Shown: positions 50,538 to 64,000 of the stretch, in pieces
How positions within the stretch are numbered: the stretch's first letter is position 1
How the letters are laid out: the number at the start of each line of letters is the position of its first letter
DNA from: Diadema antillarum
Taxonomy: Eukaryota
DNA: 64,000 bases
Direction of reading: 5' to 3'
Assembly (NCBI RefSeq): GCF_040938485.1
Contig: NW_027271175.1
Location: 1,302,001-1,366,000 of the forward strand
Program-made: the position numbers and the translations under genes
The notes under the pieces: model-generated
What the model saw: the letters and a program-made list of their open reading frames with translations, nothing else
Told to the model about the DNA's origin: nothing
Databases searched by the model: none

Positions 50538-51294
50538 GGGTGCACGTCACGAGTTCAACACCAACCAGTCTTATACAGTCCACGAGTCATATAGCCCACG
50601 AGTTATCTGACTCACGAGTAGAGCCCACGATGCAGACACCGAATTTACGAAGGTGGTACAAAATTAATGAAACCGTGGTTTAAACCATGGACAAAAACCA
50701 TCGAGCGCCAAGTGTCGCAAGGAATATTTCGTTACGAAATCAGTCTTCTCGCCGATGAAATTATTATTTTGTAACGAAATGACAACATTTTGTAACTATA
50801 AATGAACTTTTCGTCCACGAAATGATAATTTCGTTAACGAAACGGTCATTGTGTCGACGAAATGACCAATTTCGTACCGAAATATTCCGTGCGACACTTG
50901 GCGCTCCATGATTTTTGTCCATGGTTTAAACCATGGTTTCATTATTTTGTGCCACCTTTGTGAATTCGGGCCTGTAGTGGACACGTAGGGCCTACGAGCT
51001 GTATGGTCCACGAGCTAAAGGCACACGAGCTATATAGACACTATCATAGGCAAATAAGAATATAAAAAATAAGGCCCACTATATAGCTTGACATTACATC
51101 ACATGGCTTAGTGTCGAGCTCATGGGCCTGTTCTATGACACGGAGTGTCCAGCTTATGGGTATGTTTTACTTGGTGTCTATAGCTAATATGGGCTGTATG
51201 ACTTGTGGATCGAGTGACTCATGGACCGTTCATCAATGTGTATAGCTCTTGGACTGTAGACTCATGGACGTCTGTAAGATAGTGAGATGACCCC
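50538..51294. mobile_element. GG-terminal element (copy 3, diverged, carries a nested MITE)
   Basis: gggtgcacgtcacgag...gtgagatgacccc with degenerate cacgagtcatatagcc units. No clear TSD. Confidence 0.65.
50633..50974. mobile_element. Fold-back MITE with about 98-bp TIRs nested in copy 3
   Basis: gaatttacgaaggtggtacaaaattaatgaaaccgtggtttaaaccatggac...gagcgccaagtgtcgca vs tgcgacacttggcgctc...gtccatggtttaaaccatggtttcattattttgtgccacctttgtgaattc. Confidence 0.85.
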
Positions 51295-52215
51295 AAAATC
51301 TATATATTATACACAGTTATCGCCTCCCTGATTGTGGCCAGTGAATCGCAGGAATAAACCAAATATAGCAAAGTGTATCAATCTACAATAAATGATTAAC
51401 GTGTGTTGCCAAAATCATGAAACCCGTATACTGTCTTGGAGCCCATAGTTTTGTTTGCTTCTGGGGCTTGTGTGTTTGTTTGTATTTTTTTTTTCATAAG
51501 ATTTTCACGATATTTGGAGTTTTCAAAGCAATATTGTATGGAACAAAGTCAAGCATGATTGCAGTTTTTCTTTTCTTCCTCTTTAACCATGCTTGTGCCT
51601 ATCTTCCATCCTCATTTTCATCGCATTCATCCTGACTGGTGATAGTCTTATTCATCCAGTGTAGAAGTTAACCTTTTCAATGTTGTCACTGCTCTATACC
51701 AGAGGACATTACCATGCACTGCATTTATTTTAGGTGCCACGGCACCGGGATTGGAGTCAGACTGCACCCCCCCCCCCCCCAAACACACACACACACACAC
51801 GTTCTCGTAAGCTGCTTCAACCGGGGATATGATAGTCTGCTCAAGGTGACTGAGAATGATATATTAATTATTTGTATTCCATTATTGTTTCTGAAAAAAA
51901 AAAACTCCACAATAATTCTCTTTTCCGATAAACTGACTACTTTAGTGAAAACCATAGAAATGATAATTATTCAGTTTTTCATGTAGAGTTTCATGTAAAG
52001 TATAGATGCATACAAAACAATCGAGGATGGCTGACATGTACAAATTTTCAAATTTCCCTGTTTTGAACAGTGTAAAAGCTTTCCGCCCACATCCAGGTCT
52101 AGGACGCGCAGTCAAGGTACCCTTAGGGCCATAAGAGGGCGCTTTTTCATTAGTTTTTAAATATTCTGAACAAACCCCGGTAGCCTGGAGTGAAACACTA
52201 ATAATATCCCCCATT

Positions 52216-52356
52216 NNNNNNNNNNNNNNNNNNNNNNNNNNNNNNNNNNNNNNNNNNNNNNNNNNNNNNNNNNNNNNNNNNNNNNNNNNNNNNNNNNNNN
52301 NNNNNNNNNNNNNNNNNNNNNNNNNNNNNNNNNNNNNNNNNNNNNNNNNNNNNNNN
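52216..52356. other. Assembly gap (141 N)
   Basis: Run of N; true length unknown. Confidence 1.
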
Positions 52357-52990
52357 GAGAGAGACATATCACATATACATTGTATAATAAAAAAGAAAAG
52401 TCTTGTCCTCTGAAAACGTTCAAGCACTTCGCGGGACATCCATTACAGGCGCTTCTCGGACGGTTGGGCCGCGAAGCTCTAGCAGGTGGACCGGAAAAAA
52501 ATCGTTTTGATCTAAATATGGGCCGAGAAAAAACATCTAGGAGCCAAAGTGATCATCGAGCCAAAAAACAAACAACGACGACAACAACAAAGCGGTTCTT
52601 TACCACAGTGATCCCACAAAAAGTAAAGTTCCATTCCAGAATTATCATAACCATAGTTTGAGTATACGGAAATACTATTCGCACACCGTCATGAAGCATG
52701 TGTTAATCATAATGGATGTATGATTACTATGTGCGTGTATGCGTGTATGTATAAACAGAACTCACGTGTACATGTATGCTCAAACTGCATATCGGGATTA
52801 TAAGAGCATTTTGATCTTTTGATGATGATATACATCTGATGAAACACGCGGCCGGCGCCATGTTTTTTAAAGTGAGGGGGCAGTTTATATTCCTGGTGCC
52901 ACTTCCGGGTTTCATCACCTCGCAAGCAAAAACAAAAACAAAATAAAACAAAGCAAAAAAAAATCAAATAAACAAAAAAAAAAAAACGCG

Positions 52991-53024
<34 letters not shown>

Positions 53025-53351
53025 GACAGACAAAAAGGCATTATCAAAATTATTCTTTTTTCTGGTGCCACTTCCGCGGGGTTAACAAAAAAGTGGTAGC
53101 TAAAGTGGTTACACCCTACGTATAGATGTATAAATGTATTGTGGGGAAAAAAAAGTGGGAGCCGAGCCCCCCCCCCCCCCCCCCAACCAGCCCTGAAACA
53201 TACAGACAAACAAACAAAAATATGTCCTTTCTTAATTCTTCTCTGTTAGTTTACAAGTATCTTTAATCTCATAAGCTTTTCCTCCTCCTTTATCGGCCGT
53301 TAAGTTTTCTAGATATTCAAATGCCTCTCCCCCTTTACCCAGATCACACAC

Positions 53352-53523
53352 CTGGGGGTGTTTCAAAAAGCTGTTCTTAAAGTTCCGAACGGCTTAAGAA
53401 CGACTGGAACACGTTCTGATGTGCTATACTTATCAGAATTTCGATAATTCAGCACAAGAACCTATCACCAGTCGTTCTAAGTCGTTCATACCTTCGATAA
53501 GAACAGCTTTATGAAGCACCCCT
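53352..53523. mobile_element. MITE with GGGGGTGTTTCA TIRs
   Basis: ctgggggtgtttcaaaaagctgttctta...aacgactgg / ccagtcgtt...taagaacagctttatgaagcacccc. Confidence 0.7.
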
Positions 53524-55997
53524 CCCCCTCCCCCCATCCCCCGGACACTTTAAAAACCTACCGATACAACTTTTACCCCTGGGGAGTAAAAATTTGACCA
53601 AATCTTCATTTACCCAGTTAAGTATCATGATGCAGGAAGACTAGGATGTACATTGATGGTTATTATTGTCATCATCAGCAATGTAGTATTGCATCAACAA
53701 GATTCTGAATGATAAAATTCTGCTTGACTATTGTTTTCCAGGCACCCTGCTTTTTGTTTTTAATGGGAGGGGTCAGCTCATATACTATATCGTACAGACA
53801 TGTCCAAGCAAGGAGCATGTGATTGGCTAATTGTGACGATTTGACGCTATTTTTGGAACATCACCGAAGCCCCCGTACGCGCGTCAGTATAAAAAGAACT
53901 TGCTGGATATTGCTCCGTAAGAAATGCGTTGCTTTTCGGGCTGGAAACTACGTACACGTACTCCATGGTAAGTTGAATGCACGTCGTCGCGTGCGCACTT
54001 CTTTCGTAGGTGAACGCACGTACGTGAAGTAGCGCTCTACGATCTCTATTTCTGGCTTTGCTTTGCTACCTGTTCCTATTAGTTCCTGATGGATATAGGC
54101 GCGCGATGCTCACATTATCAAGTATTGTATGTAGCTATCGATGGGGCGATGAAGAAGAAGACTCGACTTAGTGCATGCATTAGTATACACGCAAAATATG
54201 CACGCAAAATATCAAATACATAGAGGAAAATACTTCAAGCAATCCTACTACCTGGTAGCTAGTAATGAATCAGTAACTGGATTCGATTATCAAACGCTAC
54301 CCTGATTGTCTCCACACGGATGGTATGTATATCGGTAGTTTCAAGAAAGAGTATAGGTCTAGATTAGGTGATTTCCAAGTGACAATGCGTCATCTCTAGT
54401 GTGGAAGGGCAAGTCCCTTTCTTCAGTCCCACGTACGATTCTAGATGTCAGAACAAACAGGGGTCTTCAATAAGTTACAGTAGTCGTGCTCGTGTTACAA
54501 CAGTTAATGTATAAATGCTCTACAATGTATACTGTTAAAAATTTACTGTTTACTGTGTGTCTGTGCTGCATGCTACTGTGGCTGTGGTGATCTTTCCTTC
54601 TGCAATTATGTCTAGAGTCTACTTGATGAACGTTGTAAATATAGTGAGGTGCCGGTGCCCGCACCTCGTCCTCGTCAGGGGGCCCGAATACCGTCACCCC
54701 GCTTAAAATTGTTTTATAGGCGCACTAAACAAAAATTTATGCCCGGGACTGTGTTCAGTATGCTTGAAACTTGGCAGGGCTACCACAACCAAGCAAATTA
54801 TGGTGAAGACCGAACAGTTTTTCGCGAAAATGTGAAATTTTAATCGGAATACGTGTTATAACTTATGTATCATCACTGTCCCCGCACGCATCTTTTACTG
54901 TAATATAGAGATACTGGTATCAATATGGGAGCATCATGGTCACGCACACGTCTTTTCCATGCTTTGTCTATTGGAGCGTGGGTGACGAGTTGTGGGCCCC
55001 TTCCTTAGCGCGCAACTTTTTAGCATCGTTCGCGGTTGACGACGATAGCTGCAAATTTTCGATATTGTCAGTGAACTTGTGATTCCATTGGAATTTTCAG
55101 CATTTTTCCTGTATGTGAGTTGAATTTCAAGGAATTTCAGTGGCGAAATGTGATTCAAATATGCGCAAACGCTAACTATGACGAGGTGCGGGTCACCCAA
55201 GTATACATGGTGTAAAATTTACGTGTAGTTTGTACTGATTTCCTGACATCTGTGGGCCTAGTAGGCCTATAAAGTTTATAGTATGCGAACATTTTATTGT
55301 ATTGGTAATTATTTGTTTGTTGGAAATGAAATAATTAAATCAACTTGAACTTGAACATTTGTTATTTGTTTTCATTCTCCATTTGGGAACGGAAAGACTT
55401 CCTTCCGTCCAAACTAGAAAATTTTTCCACATTTGTGGGTAAACTTGGCCTTTGCCACAGATCACAGCACACAGTGAGACATCAGACAATATTTAGATTG
55501 GCAAGTAGATTCTAGTCCTGCTTTATATGGGGGGGGGGGAGCATAGAGAAGTCTCGCCTACATTCGTAGATAAACAAGATGGTTTGATAGCCCATAATAA
55601 TCAGTACGAGCTGGTTTTCCATAAGGTCCAGTTTCATGTAGCCATGTTGGATGTACTTGGGGGCCATGTGGGCATGGCACAGATGGCTGGACCATTGACC
55701 GTCCGACCACTACCACTAGGCCCTATACTCCACCAGCCCAGGTTACCGGTTATATAATGTATCATGACGTGTATGCTCTTTGCGATGAATAAATGAAGCG
55801 GGAAAAGTGACATTTCTGTCAATTGATATGCTACAACTTCAAATTGTGGATATTTACTGGTGTAGTATAGAACTAACATTAGTAGTACATAGTAGCACTT
55901 GAGAATAATGAACAGTTGTCATTTCCTTTTTTATGTAGATCACAAACGGGATGCCATCGTAATTGTCTTTGAGGAGAGCTGAACCACTGCCATCAAC

Positions 55998-62971
<6,974 letters not shown>

Positions 62972-63066
62972 CCAGAGGAGATTGGATGCCTGTTTGGATA
63001 GATTTATTAACATATTAGTTGGCATCATCATCTTCTTCCATCCTGGAGTGTAGTGAGTCAAAAATG

Positions 63067-63628
63067 TTAAAGGACAAGTTCTGGATTGAGTGAATGTAGC
63101 AATATCAGTAAAACACAGTGAAAGTTTGAGGAAAATCAGACAGTCCGTTCAAATGTTATGAATCTTTCAAATTTCAGTGCCGTCGCTGCTGGATGAGAAG
63201 ACTACTACAGTTTGTGATGTCACATGTGTACAACGATTCAAGGGAAAAAATAGAATTCCACAAAATTTCATTTTTTGAAAAAGCATGCATTCCCTGGACT
63301 TGTTATTGACATATATGTTATTATTGACAGTAATATTATTCTCCTTGCCTTCTGAAAGAGACAGGGAGGCCCTAGAGTGCTCTTTTGTTATATGTGAGAA
63401 AAGTGGAAATATGTTGGATTTTCTATACATTTTCTTTATATTGTGCTATGCATGTGACATCACAAACTGTAGTAGACTATTCATGCAGGGATGACTGCAC
63501 TTAGACTTTTAAAATTCATAGCTTTTGAAGGGAGTGTCTGATTTTCCTCAAACTTTCACTGATCTGTTCTGCTGATATTGCTGCATTCACTCAATCCACA
63601 TGTATATGAAGGTGAACTTGTCCTTTAG
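63067..63628. mobile_element. TTAA-type long-TIR MITE (Kolobok-like by inference) in the MAPK7 3' region
   Basis: ttaaaggacaagttc...gaacttgtcctttag with about 160-bp inverted arms. Homologous to 17830-18510. Confidence 0.8.
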
Positions 63629-63755
63629 CAATAAAACAGTCTTGTTTTGGTAGTGTTCATACGAAAAAGCGTGTTATATGAAGGAAGTTCAATTGCAGCA
63701 AAAGATCTGATAAAGAGGTAGCATTCTGACATCCCTGCTGAAAAACAAATGACAA

Positions 63756-64000
63756 TACAGGGGAAACTCGGTATAACGAACACTGCTATAACGAGATATC
63801 GGTTATAACGAGGAAATTTTCTCGGTCCCAAATTTCCTTCCACACAAGTCTATGTGAAATGCTAATCTTATAGCGAGATCGGCTATAACGAAATAACTGC
63901 TATAACGAGATAAATTTTGTGACTTCCAAACAAAGAAAAACATAGTAAATCAAACCTGCTATAACGAGGTAAAGCAAAATGCCTTCGGTAAAGCTTTACT
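63756..64000. mobile_element. Tc1/mariner-type MITE with repeated TATAACGA motifs, truncated by the window end
   Basis: Starts tacaggggaaactcggtataacgaa; at least six tataacga copies. Confidence 0.7.

Overview
Intron-rich, AT-rich animal genomic DNA. Gene content and repeat style suggest an invertebrate deuterostome (echinoderm/sea-urchin-like), but this is inferred, not proven. I rebuilt five protein-coding loci by hand from splice sites and frame continuity: (1) CDK2AP1-family gene (+, 3 coding exons, 2548-11948); (2) MTRFR/C12orf65 mitoribosome rescue factor (-, 2 coding exons, 21950-23633), tail-to-tail with CDK2AP1 as in human; (3) an intronless RING/B-box/B-box/coiled-coil/beta-propeller TRIM E3 ligase (-, 30869-32764); (4) an 8-exon ACOT/BAAT-family acyl-CoA enzyme (+, 41744-49672); (5) MAPK7/ERK5 (+, 5 exons, 55998-62971, about 1174 aa). 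Intergenic and intronic DNA carries many non-autonomous DNA transposons (several nested), tRNA-like SINE remnants, microsatellites, G/C tracts and one 141-N gap. I saw no rRNA, intact tRNA, CRISPR array or transposase ORF. Best leads: the ACOT/BAAT enzyme has a BAAT-type cysteine nucleophile (SSCLG) and a peroxisomal -SRL tail, pointing to a possible invertebrate amino-acid/taurine conjugation pathway, but exon 6 carries one extra base that breaks the frame; the ERK5 has a TSY rather than TEY activation loop and a 7-unit LQT(I/V)GP repeat with synonymous divergence; MTRFR has an open 153-codon N-terminal extension. Comparisons with human proteins are from memory and need a database check.
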